This document shows positions 54,461-62,713 of a stretch of DNA of 64,000 nt, piece by piece. The DNA is taken from the IMG/VR virus record IMGVR_UViG_2521172628_000001, positions 1-64,000 of that record; one strand, written 5' to 3'. The translations under genes and the position numbers were made by a program. Below the pieces are notes generated by a model, which saw only the letters and a list, made by a program, of their open reading frames with translations, did not search any database and was not told where the DNA came from. This DNA comes from a virus (Duplodnaviria; Caudoviricetes). The first letter of the stretch is position 1, and each line of letters begins with the position of its first letter.

Positions 54461-54737
54461 GTTCCGGCCACTCTCAACGCGCGGTCGATATGTCCGCGGC
54501 GAGGGGAGGGAGGCGCGACAGATCCTATCGGATCAGGCAAACCCGCAATCAGCCCAGCTAGACGCCCAGATCGGCAACGGTCTGGATCTGAAGCCGGCCG
54601 TGTAGGCGGAGGCCGAAAGTGGCCTAGCGTCAGCGGCGGAAAAGCGAGCGGCCCGGTGCGCGAACACCGGGCCGTTTCGACCAGCGAGCGTCAACTCGCT
54701 GATCATCAACCACTCCCCGCAAGAGAAGAGGTTCCCT

Positions 54738-55049
54738 GTGAGCTTACTGGCTGACACCCCCACCGCGCCTGCGGCTTGCGTCACGCCCGACCTGACCGCC
54801 GAATGGCTGATGGCCGCTCCGCTTGAGGTGCTGCTCGTCGACCTGGGCGTCGAGCTGTTCGACTCGAAGATCACGGACCGGACGTTCTTCGGCGCGGTCG
54901 TGCAGTACGCGGACGGCCGGCTCTCCCTGTCGATGCCTGTCGGGCGCAGCGAGTTCGAGCACGACACGGTGGCCCGCTACCTGCTCGCGCAGGCTTTCGG
55001 CGTTGGCCTGCCGCCCCTGCCGGAGCCGTTCGAGACGACGGAGTTCTAG
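54738..55049 (+). CDS. Hypothetical protein
   Basis: FFGAVV...LSMPVGRS..EHDTVARYLL; preceded by several hairpins. Confidence 0.65.
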   Translation: MSLLADTPTAPAACVTPDLTAEWLMAAPLEVLLVDLGVELFDSKITDRTFFGAVVQYADGRLSLSMPVGRSEFEHDTVARYLLAQAFGVGLPPLPEPFETTEF

Positions 55050-55244
55050 CCGCCAACACCTGGGCGGAATAGGCCATTCGGCCACAGAATTCACATAGAA
55101 TTGCAGGAAAACGGCGACGGCCGGACGGGGCTCAATCCGTCCGGCCGTTTCGCGTAGAGCGGGTCATCACCCCGCTGCCATCACCTGCCGTCCGACCCTC
55201 GCCAGAAAGTCGAGCAACACCATGACGATACCGATGACGCCGCA

Positions 55245-55622
55245 ATGTCGCCACCAGGCGGTGGCGAGTTGAGGATCTTCCGATCCAAGCCGAAGAGCGG
55301 CTGGACGCCCACCAGCAACGAGCACGTCGCCCGGAACTACGTCCTGAGCCTGAAGGCGAAGGGCCTGCTGGTCACCTTCCTGTCGCAGCCGGACGGCGGC
55401 GGAATGACGGTCGAACGGCTCGCCTATCTCCACAAGGCTGCTGGCGGCAAGGGTGAGGGCGAGCACGCGATCCGCGAGGCCCTGAAGGAGCTGCGATCCG
55501 CCGGCTTGGTGACGCACGTGAAGGAGAAGGGCAAGGGCGGTCGGTGGCAGACGACGACCCTCGTGAGCGACACACCGGAGGGCCTGTTGCGCCTCCTCAA
55601 AGAGGTCTCACCGGACCCCTGA
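55245..55622 (+). CDS. Winged-helix protein resembling the N-terminus of phage replication initiators; start uncertain
   Basis: LSLKAKGLLVTFLSQPDG...GEHAIREALKELRSAGLV. Confidence 0.7.
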   Translation: MSPPGGGELRIFRSKPKSGWTPTSNEHVARNYVLSLKAKGLLVTFLSQPDGGGMTVERLAYLHKAAGGKGEGEHAIREALKELRSAGLVTHVKEKGKGGRWQTTTLVSDTPEGLLRLLKEVSPDP

Positions 55623-55820
55623 TTTTCCGGGGTCCGGAGGCTCCGGATGCCGGACTGTCCGGAGTCCCGTGGCTGGGGGGTCAACTACCTAAGACGTCTA
55701 CAGGAAGAAGGCTGGACTGGAATATCCGCTCCTCGAAGAGGAGAAGCCTGCCTCTCTTCCCGCCGCTGTTCGCGCAGGCGCGCGCGACCTGGCCTGGGGT
55801 CGCCGTGTACGGTGCCCGCC

Positions 55821-55985
55821 ATGAGCACTCCGCCCACCCCGGCCCCGACCGCCCCGCGTACCCCGTTGCCCCGTCTGGCGGCTCGCTCGTCGGCGGGTTC
55901 GCCGCTGCTGGCCCGGGTCGTGCGCCGGGGGCCGGAGGAGGGTCCGAGGCCGGTGGCGGTGGCCGCGTTCCAGTCGGCCGTGTGA
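55821..55985 (+). CDS. FxSxx-COOH-type peptide (54 aa)
   Basis: RTPLPRL...LARVV...VAVAAFQSAV-stop; TACGGT 7 nt before ATG. Confidence 0.72.
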   Translation: MSTPPTPAPTAPRTPLPRLAARSSAGSPLLARVVRRGPEEGPRPVAVAAFQSAV

Positions 55986-55993
55986 ACGCAGCA

Positions 55994-56028
55994 GAAGGCC
56001 CCGCGCCCGGGATGGGTGCGGGGCCTTC
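55994..56028. terminator. Hairpin terminator between convergent genes
   Basis: gaaggccccgcgccc-gggat-gggtgcggggccttc. Confidence 0.7.
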
Positions 56029-56043
56029 GTCGTGCGCCGGTGC

Positions 56044-56403
56044 TCACTTCTCGCCCGCCCGGTCGATGTCCCAGTTGCGGTCGTTGGCGGCCAGTTCGGC
56101 GACACTGGGGTGGTCGGCGTGTGCCGCGTTGATCTGGTCGCGGATGGCTTCGTATCCGGTGAGCCGGTCGCGCCAGTTGGTGGGCTCGGGTCCGGATTTG
56201 CCGAAGTGGGCGCGGAGTTCGGCAACCAGGACGTCGTCGCCGGGGTTGTCGTGGTCGTGGCCGAGGGCTTCGCAGAGGATGTCGCGGAAGCGGTCGGCGG
56301 CTCCGGCTGCGGTGCGTCGGGCGGCATGCTGGTCTTCGAGCTCGGCGTGCAACTGGTCGAGGTCGTCGCTGGTCATCTGGTCGAGGGTTTTGCGGTCGGT
56401 CAC
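56044..56403 (-). CDS. Hypothetical protein
   Basis: TLDQMTSDDLDQLHAEL; PSVAELAANDRNW. Confidence 0.65.
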   Translation of the reverse strand: MTDRKTLDQMTSDDLDQLHAELEDQHAARRTAAGAADRFRDILCEALGHDHDNPGDDVLVAELRAHFGKSGPEPTNWRDRLTGYEAIRDQINAAHADHPSVAELAANDRNWDIDRAGEK

Positions 56404-56549
56404 AGGTAGTCCTCGCTCGGCTTGATCGTTGTCACGTCGCGCACGACCAGCGTTTCCCCGCACATTTCCTGCCGGCCTTGCTCGCAGAGTCGGTCGAGGG
56501 CGGCCGGGTTGGTGCGCCAGTTCGGCTCGGCGTCGGGTGGGGCAGTCAC
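56400..56549 (-). CDS. Small hypothetical protein
   Basis: GTGA-coupled on both sides. Confidence 0.5.
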   Translation of the reverse strand: MTAPPDAEPNWRTNPAALDRLCEQGRQEMCGETLVVRDVTTIKPSEDYL

Positions 56550-56866
56550 GGCTGGCTCCGGTTGATTTCGCGGGCGATCGCGAGGGCCGCAGCAGCGTCT
56601 TCGGGCATGGGGGCGTCTTCGCGGAGTTCGATGGGCGTCCAGCTGCGGAGCCATTTCGCGAGGTGGCGGGCGGTGGTGGGGTTGAGGAGTCCGGCGAGTT
56701 GTCCGGCCGGGGTGCCGACGGCGTTTTCGATTCCGTGGCCGAACCAGTGGTGCTTCGGAGCGATTCGGGAGTGCCAGTACGGGTTGGTGTTGATGTCGCG
56801 GTCGGCGTCGTCGGCGAGGTCGAGGAGGGTTTGCGCGGCGGTGGCAAGTTCCTGGGCGGGGGTCAT
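56546..56866 (-). CDS. Hypothetical protein
   Basis: MTPAQELATAA...LAKWL...ALAIAREIN; AAGGAG RBS. Confidence 0.7.
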   Translation of the reverse strand: MTPAQELATAAQTLLDLADDADRDINTNPYWHSRIAPKHHWFGHGIENAVGTPAGQLAGLLNPTTARHLAKWLRSWTPIELREDAPMPEDAAAALAIAREINRSQP

Positions 56867-56921
56867 GGTGCTCCTTCGGGTCGGCGGTGGGCCGGGCCGG
56901 TGAAGGCCCGGCAGGCGGGGG

Positions 56922-57482
56922 TCAGGTGCGGGGGAAGTCGCGGGCTTTGAGCTTGGCCATGCGTCCGTCGAGGTGGTGCCAGACGAGGCCCTCGTAGGGG
57001 CGGCTCGCGAACCAGGCGCGGAGGCCGTCGTAGTCGCGCGGTGCGGCTTCGCAGTCGATGCGTTCGGACAGTGGCGCCCAGCCGTGGGGCATGAGGAGGT
57101 GCTCGTCGAACTGGTCCGGGTTGCCGTTGATCTTCGGGCCGAGGAGTTCGTAGGTTCCGGGCACCCGCGCGGCGCTGTTGGCGAGTGCCTCGGCGTGGAT
57201 CTTCGCGAACGACGACTGCGCCATCGGCTCCCAGCCGAAGAGCTTCCCCGTCGTCTCGTCGTGGGCAACGACCTTGTAGCCGGGCGGGAGCTCCTTGCGG
57301 GGCTTGACCTCGCGGCGAGCCCACCAATGGCCGTTGTCGTCGAGCATCGTGCAGGTGCCGTCCCACTTGCGGGTGGGTCGGCCTTCTCCGGCGAGGACCC
57401 ATTCGCAGCCGGGGGTGACGTCGGGGAGGACGTGGGCTCGGTCTTCGGGGTTGCGGATGAAGAGGGTTGGGATCTTGTTCAT
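56922..57482 (-). CDS. RNA ligase-like nucleotidyltransferase (DUF5565/RLIG1-like)
   Basis: KIPTLF, TRKWDGTC (KxDG), TYELLGPKINGNP, EGLVW, AKLK. Confidence 0.78.
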   Translation of the reverse strand: MNKIPTLFIRNPEDRAHVLPDVTPGCEWVLAGEGRPTRKWDGTCTMLDDNGHWWARREVKPRKELPPGYKVVAHDETTGKLFGWEPMAQSSFAKIHAEALANSAARVPGTYELLGPKINGNPDQFDEHLLMPHGWAPLSERIDCEAAPRDYDGLRAWFASRPYEGLVWHHLDGRMAKLKARDFPRT

Positions 57483-57880
57483 GCGGCTTCCTTGGTGTCG
57501 GTTCGGGCCCACGACGGGGCTGTGCGGGCGCTGTGCGGCTTGGGGGTGGTGTGGTGGCTGTCGGGGCCGTCTGGCGGCTGCGGGGCGCTGTGGCGCGGAC
57601 TGTGAGGGCGGGACGGGCCTGTTGTGCCGGAGCCGGGACGCGGCACCCGAACCGACCGAGGGCGCAGGAGCCCCTGTGGGGGCCGTTCCGGGCTTCGAGC
57701 CTCCCGGTCTGCCTTCCGGCCTCCCGGGAGCCTCCAGCGGCCGTACAGCCACGCGCACGGCCGTCCCGCGCCCCTCGCGGACCGCCACCATGCGAACGGC
57801 GGGAACGGCTCGCCTTGATGCCCGCAGCACAAGGCGGCAACCGCAACCACCAACGCGAGGTAGGCCAGCAGGGCGGTCAC
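57479..57880 (-). CDS. Hypothetical protein with N-terminal TM helix
   Basis: Coupled; ends PSWARTDTKEAA. Confidence 0.5.
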   Translation of the reverse strand: MTALLAYLALVVAVAALCCGHQGEPFPPFAWWRSARGAGRPCAWLYGRWRLPGGRKADREARSPERPPQGLLRPRSVRVPRPGSGTTGPSRPHSPRHSAPQPPDGPDSHHTTPKPHSARTAPSWARTDTKEAA

Positions 57881-58116
57881 GAGTCGTCCTCGCCGAGCAG
57901 AGACGCGATCTCCCGCATCCCGGCCAGCCGCCGCTCCGTGAGGGCAAGCGCCGCAGCGTCCTGCGCGATCCGGTGGGCGCTGCCGTGGCGGCCGACCGCA
58001 AGGTCGTCGGCGTACTGCCGGGCGGCAGAGGCAAGTCGCTCGGCGTCGCGCTTGAGTTCGTCAATGGTGAGCTGGAGTTGGCGGGCGACGAAGCGGCGGG
58101 TGAGGTCGTCGGCCAC
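57877..58116 (-). CDS. Hypothetical helical protein
   Basis: AAGGAGG RBS; coupled. Confidence 0.6.
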   Translation of the reverse strand: MADDLTRRFVARQLQLTIDELKRDAERLASAARQYADDLAVGRHGSAHRIAQDAAALALTERRLAGMREIASLLGEDDS

Positions 58117-58118
58117 GG

Positions 58119-59177
58119 TCAGGCCTCCTTCGGGTGCGGCACCCCACCAGCAGGCGGGGCGGCGGGTACGCCAGGGCACCTCCCGTGCACGGCGACCCCC
58201 TTGCGGAGGCCGGAGTGGAGGTGCGCTGGGTGGGGGTCGTGGCGGACGCACGGAACCGTCTCGGTGGTGTTGGGGATGTCGGCGGCCACACGACGCAGCT
58301 CGGGCCAGCGGAGCGCCACGGCAGCGATGCGGCGAGGGTCATCGGCCAGGAGGCCGCTGCGCTCATCCTCGGCGCAGTTGTCCCACAGCCACTGGGACAG
58401 CCGGGCAACCTCGTCCTCGGCGGTTTCGTCTGCTCGGTCGACGCTCGCGGGCAGCACAGCGGCGATCGCGGCCGCCTGGATCTGGTAGTCGTGCGGCTCC
58501 AGGCTGTCGAAGTCGAAGCCGTCGATCTGGGCCAGAACGCGCCGGATGCGGTCGCGCAGCGCGATCTCCTCCTGCGCGTCGGCCAGCAGTTGCCGTCCGC
58601 AGCGTGCGCCCTTCAGCCACTCCCGTACATCGGCCGTCGTCGGCTGACGGCCTTCCCGGTCGGCGATCACGCAGCATTCCTCGACGAACGCGAGCGCGTC
58701 CTGGGCGCGGTACAGCTCAGTGCCGAGTTCGTCGGCGAGGTCGCGGGCCTCCTGCGCGGTCAACTCGGCGGCAGTCGGGTCTCCCTCGGCGGCCCGGTCG
58801 GCCGGCGCGGGCAGCACCGCAAGCACCGCGTCGGCGGTCGCCGCGTAGGCGGGCACGAGGCCGGTCTCGTGCAGTGGCACGAGGTGACCCGGGTGGTCGG
58901 AGGCGTACAGAGCCTCGGCGATGCGGTCGCGGAGGGCGGCCCGGTCCGCAGGCGGCGCCACAGCCGGGACGGTGCGCGCCCAGTGATCCGGCGAGATCAG
59001 TTCGGCGGCGAAGTCCATCACCTTCGTTGCCTGCGTCGCACCACGCGTGTGGTCGCGGTGAGCGCGGATCTTCCCAGCGAGTTCCTGGGCGAACAGGGCG
59101 AGAGCGCCGTCGATGACGTCCTCGGGAACGTTGTGCCGCCACAGCAAGTCGCGGGCGGTGTCGGGCTGGTCGGTCAT
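58119..59177 (-). CDS. Mosaic hypothetical phage protein
   Basis: Repeated ALRDRI / VLPA..DRA modules. Confidence 0.72.
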   Translation of the reverse strand: MTDQPDTARDLLWRHNVPEDVIDGALALFAQELAGKIRAHRDHTRGATQATKVMDFAAELISPDHWARTVPAVAPPADRAALRDRIAEALYASDHPGHLVPLHETGLVPAYAATADAVLAVLPAPADRAAEGDPTAAELTAQEARDLADELGTELYRAQDALAFVEECCVIADREGRQPTTADVREWLKGARCGRQLLADAQEEIALRDRIRRVLAQIDGFDFDSLEPHDYQIQAAAIAAVLPASVDRADETAEDEVARLSQWLWDNCAEDERSGLLADDPRRIAAVALRWPELRRVAADIPNTTETVPCVRHDPHPAHLHSGLRKGVAVHGRCPGVPAAPPAGGVPHPKEA

Positions 59178-59197
59178 CGGGGTGTCCTTTCGGCGCG

Positions 59198-59425
59198 TCA
59201 GGCGGGGGTGTTGTCGCGGGGCGGTTCGAGTCCGAGCTGGACGGCGGCTAGGGCGACGGCTTCTCGGATGGATAGCCCGTCTTCGGAGGCGGCCCGGAGG
59301 GCGAGCGCGCGGGTGTGGAGGTCGTCGGCGAGGGCGAGTTGCTCGGGGGTGAGGGCGCCGCGTCCGGTGCGCCGGTGGGGCCTCTCGGGGCGGGTTGGCG
59401 GCCAGGGGTCTTCGGTGTTGGGCAT
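59198..59425 (-). CDS. Hypothetical protein
   Basis: GAGG RBS; RPHRRTGR. Confidence 0.55.
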   Translation of the reverse strand: MPNTEDPWPPTRPERPHRRTGRGALTPEQLALADDLHTRALALRAASEDGLSIREAVALAAVQLGLEPPRDNTPA

Positions 59426-59538
59426 TTAGGCCTCAATTCGGTGAGCGGTGGGGCCGTAGGCGGCCGTTCGGGGGTAGTTGAGGGTGACGGCCCGGAGAGG
59501 GGGGTTAAACGCCTCAGGGAGTTAACTGGCGGGTAACT

Positions 59539-59829
59539 TCAAGCGGCGGCTCCCTCGGTGCCTGCCGCCAGCTCCGCCTCCAGCCGCCGGATCTCCCCGT
59601 CGGCCGCCTCCCGATGCCGCTCCAAAGCCCGCGTCGTATCCGTCAACCGCTGCCGGGTCTTCGCATCCAGCCGGCGCTCCTCCCGCCAGCACTCCGCCAG
59701 CAGCAGGCCCTCCGGGATCGACAGCGTCCCGGCCGCCGCCTTCAGCAGCAGGGCCTCCACCGCGGCCTCACGCTGCTGGCGTGCCCGCTGGTTCGGCTTC
59801 AACGCGTGGCCGTTCGGGCGCCGCCTCAC
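59539..59829 (-). CDS. Hypothetical protein
   Basis: Coupled helical ORF. Confidence 0.6.
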   Translation of the reverse strand: MRRRPNGHALKPNQRARQQREAAVEALLLKAAAGTLSIPEGLLLAECWREERRLDAKTRQRLTDTTRALERHREAADGEIRRLEAELAAGTEGAAA

Positions 59830-60017
59830 GACGGCCTCCGGTGATACCCCGGCTCGGTCACGATCCGGCCGCGCGCATCCAGCACCCCATCCGCGCGGGC
59901 CAGCAGGCGCAGCGCTCGGCGTAGCACGTCGGCCCGGTCCTCACGACGCCGGGCATACGCGGCCAGGATCGCGGCACTGCCGTCATCCGGCTGCCAGCGC
60001 AATGGCGGGCGCGTCAC
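59826..60017 (-). CDS. Hypothetical protein
   Basis: GTGA-coupled; VLRRALRLLARADGVLD. Confidence 0.55.
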   Translation of the reverse strand: MTRPPLRWQPDDGSAAILAAYARRREDRADVLRRALRLLARADGVLDARGRIVTEPGYHRRPS

Positions 60018-60325
60018 GACGCGGCCTCCGACGTGGCGTGCTGCTCGCACTCCCAGTTGGCGCCGATGTTCTCCCGGTAGTACTTCATCGTGATCAGCTC
60101 GACAGTGAGCCCCGCCTTCTCGGCCTGCTCCCGGTCGCGCTTCTTCGGGGCGAAGTGCTGGCGCGCCTGGTCGGCGGTGGCCAGCACCCAGCCGGTGCCG
60201 CCCTTGGCTTCGACGACCGCGACGACGACGGAGACGATGCAGCCGCAGGGCTCGCGCTCCAGCCAGCCGCATTCGTCGAGGGGTACGGGCTTGCCGTCGA
60301 TCGTGACGGTCGGGTTGATGCTCAT
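60014..60325 (-). CDS. Hypothetical protein
   Basis: GGAG RBS; VPLDECGW..PCGC. Confidence 0.65.
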   Translation of the reverse strand: MSINPTVTIDGKPVPLDECGWLEREPCGCIVSVVVAVVEAKGGTGWVLATADQARQHFAPKKRDREQAEKAGLTVELITMKYYRENIGANWECEQHATSEAAS

Positions 60326-60434
60326 CGGGTGTTCTCCAGACGGATCGGGATTCAACGTGCATTTCGGCGACACCGGTCCCCCGGTACGGTTCCGGCAGCC
60401 CCGGGGCGTTAGCGGCGCCCCGGGGTGCGGGCGG

Positions 60435-60992
60435 TCACGGGGCGGGCAGGTAGTGGACCTGGAGCGCCTGGTCGTCGCCCTCGGCGGCGTGGTTCATGAG
60501 CCAGGCGCACTCGGCACCCTCGGGCTCCCACTCGAAGACCACCCACTGCGACTTCAGCTCTGCCAGCTCGTCACGGATGTCGGCCTCGTCTTCGACGCCC
60601 GCCTGCTCCCGCAGGTAGGTGGCCACCGCCGCTTCAGCCTTGTCTCGATCGCCGGTGATCGCGGCCATGTCGCCTTCGTCGAACTCCAGGACCAGCACGC
60701 CGTCGTAGGCGTAGTCCATGGCCGGGTGCTGAAGTCCGGGCTGGAAGCGGCCCATCGGCAGCTCGGGCACGGGGCCGACCTCGTCGAGGTAGTGCAGGCC
60801 CTCGTGGTCGGCGGGGATGTGGATGCTGGAGCGGGTGCCGTCGAGCCGCACCAGGGCGACGAGGGTGCCGCTCGGTGCGATCTTGGTTCCGGTGATCACG
60901 CCGGGGTGCTCGGCGGGGCGGGCGTTGTAGTACGCGTAGGTGACGCGGCGGCCGACTTCAGCCTTGGCGATCAGCTCGGTCGTGGTGTTCAT
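60435..60992 (-). CDS. Hypothetical protein
   Basis: AAGGAG RBS; typical codon usage. Confidence 0.72.
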   Translation of the reverse strand: MNTTTELIAKAEVGRRVTYAYYNARPAEHPGVITGTKIAPSGTLVALVRLDGTRSSIHIPADHEGLHYLDEVGPVPELPMGRFQPGLQHPAMDYAYDGVLVLEFDEGDMAAITGDRDKAEAAVATYLREQAGVEDEADIRDELAELKSQWVVFEWEPEGAECAWLMNHAAEGDDQALQVHYLPAP

Positions 60993-61022
60993 CGGGTGCT
61001 CCTTGGGTTGGGGTTGGGCGGA

Positions 61023-62429
61023 TCAGGCGGCGGTGGCTTCGTCGCCGGCTGCGCGCTGGTGGAGTTCGCGGAGGGCGGCGGCGGCCTGTTGGCGGACGAC
61101 GCCGTTGCCGAGGGCGCGCAGCATGGCGGCCCGCGTGAGGCCGGGGGTGTCGGTGACCCAGCCGTCGGGCAGGCCCATGAGCCATTCGGTGAAGACGGGG
61201 CTCAGTCGTCCCAGAAGGTCAGTGGGCCAGGGGGCGGGGCGTCCGAGGACTCGCTCCCACCGTCGGATGGCGGGTTCGTAGTCACCCCAGTCGAGGTCGG
61301 GGTCTCCGTCGCGGAGGTCGAGAACTGTTCGACGATCCGCCTGCTGGCGGGCGGCAGTTTGTCGTCCGCCGGTAGGTTCGCCGGCCGCTCCCCCGTCACC
61401 AGCTTCGCGATCTCCGTCAGTCCGAGGCTGCTGGACTGTCCGCCGCCGCTGCGCCTGCCGTTGGCCGTGGATGAGGTGAGCGCCCTGGCGCTCTTCTCCT
61501 GAGCGCTCGTCGTTGGCGTCGGTAGCAGTCGAACCGCATCGAGGAGCGTCATCCCGTACCCCTCGCTGTACGGCGTCCCGTCCGGCCGGTAGTTCGCGGT
61601 CGTCCCCGGGAATGAGGCTGCTGGTGTCGGCAAGAGCTTCACTTCGCCCTGCGGCCGGCTCTCGTCCGTCCGCTCCGCACCCAACTCGTACATCGTTTCG
61701 GTCGCCGACCCACCCCTTGTGGCCCGCGGTGTCGGCAGCAGCGAGATCGCGGTCCGCAGGTCCATTCCCCCGTCCCCGTGCGATCCCGAACCGTTCGTGT
61801 CCGAGGTTCGCGGTGTCGGCATGAGCCGGCCAGGCGCGGATGATGATGCGGCGACGGCGGTGGGGGGCGCCGACTTCATCCGCTCCGAAGCGACCCCATT
61901 CCGCATCGAGCCCGAGGCTGGCCAAGTCGCCAAGTACGGCTCCGCATGCCCGCAGTAGAGGCTCAGAACGTCCGTCTCCCACGCAGTACGCGCAGGGTTC
62001 CATGTCACTGGCAGCCGGTGCCGAGAGGAGCCCTTCGACATTTTCGATGATCACCAATCGTGGTTGGAGGATGGCGACGGCGCGGGCCATGTGGGTCCAC
62101 AGCCCGGACCGGGAATCGGGTGCGAGGCCGACGCGGCGGCCCGCCGAGGAAACGTCCTGGCAGGGGAAGCCGCCGGTGAGGATGTCGATGGGGCCGTGCT
62201 CGTCGAGGACGGCCTGCCAGTCGACCTTCGTGATGTCGCCCAGGTTCGGGACGGTCGGCCAGTGGCGGGCGAGGATCTTCGCCGCGTACTGGTTCTTGTC
62301 CTCGCGGCCCTTCTTGTCCGGCGGCTCGTACTGCGAATGCCAGATCACCTCGGCGTCGTAGACGTCCATGACGGCCAGGTCCAGGGCGCCCGTGCCGGTG
62401 AACAGGGATCCGATACGCAAGGCGCTCAC
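61023..62429 (-). CDS. C5 cytosine DNA methyltransferase
   Basis: SLFTGTGALDL (I), GGFPCQD (IV), IENV (VI), PHRRRRI (VIII), EWLMGLPDGW and LGNGVV (IX-X). Confidence 0.92.
   Translation of the reverse strand: MSALRIGSLFTGTGALDLAVMDVYDAEVIWHSQYEPPDKKGREDKNQYAAKILARHWPTVPNLGDITKVDWQAVLDEHGPIDILTGGFPCQDVSSAGRRVGLAPDSRSGLWTHMARAVAILQPRLVIIENVEGLLSAPAASDMEPCAYCVGDGRSEPLLRACGAVLGDLASLGLDAEWGRFGADEVGAPHRRRRIIIRAWPAHADTANLGHERFGIARGRGNGPADRDLAAADTAGHKGWVGDRNDVRVGCGADGREPAAGRSEALADTSSLIPGDDRELPAGRDAVQRGVRDDAPRCGSTATDANDERSGEERQGAHLIHGQRQAQRRRTVQQPRTDGDREAGDGGAAGEPTGGRQTAARQQADRRTVLDLRDGDPDLDWGDYEPAIRRWERVLGRPAPWPTDLLGRLSPVFTEWLMGLPDGWVTDTPGLTRAAMLRALGNGVVRQQAAAALRELHQRAAGDEATAA
61202..62041 (-). CDS. 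Nested alternative-frame ORF with four L(L/M)PTP repeats; start and expression uncertain
   Basis: 279-codon open frame inside the methyltransferase variable region. Confidence 0.45.
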   Translation of the reverse strand: MSKGSSRHRLPVTWNPARTAWETDVLSLYCGHAEPYLATWPASGSMRNGVASERMKSAPPTAVAASSSAPGRLMPTPRTSDTNGSGSHGDGGMDLRTAISLLPTPRATRGGSATETMYELGAERTDESRPQGEVKLLPTPAASFPGTTANYRPDGTPYSEGYGMTLLDAVRLLPTPTTSAQEKSARALTSSTANGRRSGGGQSSSLGLTEIAKLVTGERPANLPADDKLPPASRRIVEQFSTSATETPTSTGVTTNPPSDGGSESSDAPPPGPLTFWDD

Positions 62430-62713
62430 GCGGCTTCTCCTTGCTGGGGTCGGTGGCTGGTGCGGCTGGCGGGGTTGCCGCCGCAGCGGGCGCAGGTGCA
62501 GGCGTCCGGGGGCGGGGTCGGGCCGGTGGCGGCGGTGCCGAGCGGCCAGCCGCCCGTGTGGGCAATCCGGTAGGCGGGGGCCGGGACCGCGGCCAGGGCG
62601 GGCTTCGGCTTGGCCGTTTCGGGGCGCGGGGCCGCGTTCACGAGGGCGAGCAGGTAGTCCTTCAGGTCGCCCTGCTGGCGCATGACGGCGATGTCTTCGA
62701 TCTCGGGCTTCAT
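62426..62713 (-). CDS. Hypothetical protein
   Basis: EDIAVMRQQGDL...GGWPLGT..CTCARC; coupled. Confidence 0.65.
   Translation of the reverse strand: MKPEIEDIAVMRQQGDLKDYLLALVNAAPRPETAKPKPALAAVPAPAYRIAHTGGWPLGTAATGPTPPPDACTCARCGGNPASRTSHRPQQGEAA

Noticed and set aside
45280-55622. Complete independent AICE inserted in the prophage
   Set aside because: No tyrosine integrase, excisionase, RepSA/RepAM or flanking att repeat recognised; a degraded AICE cannot be excluded
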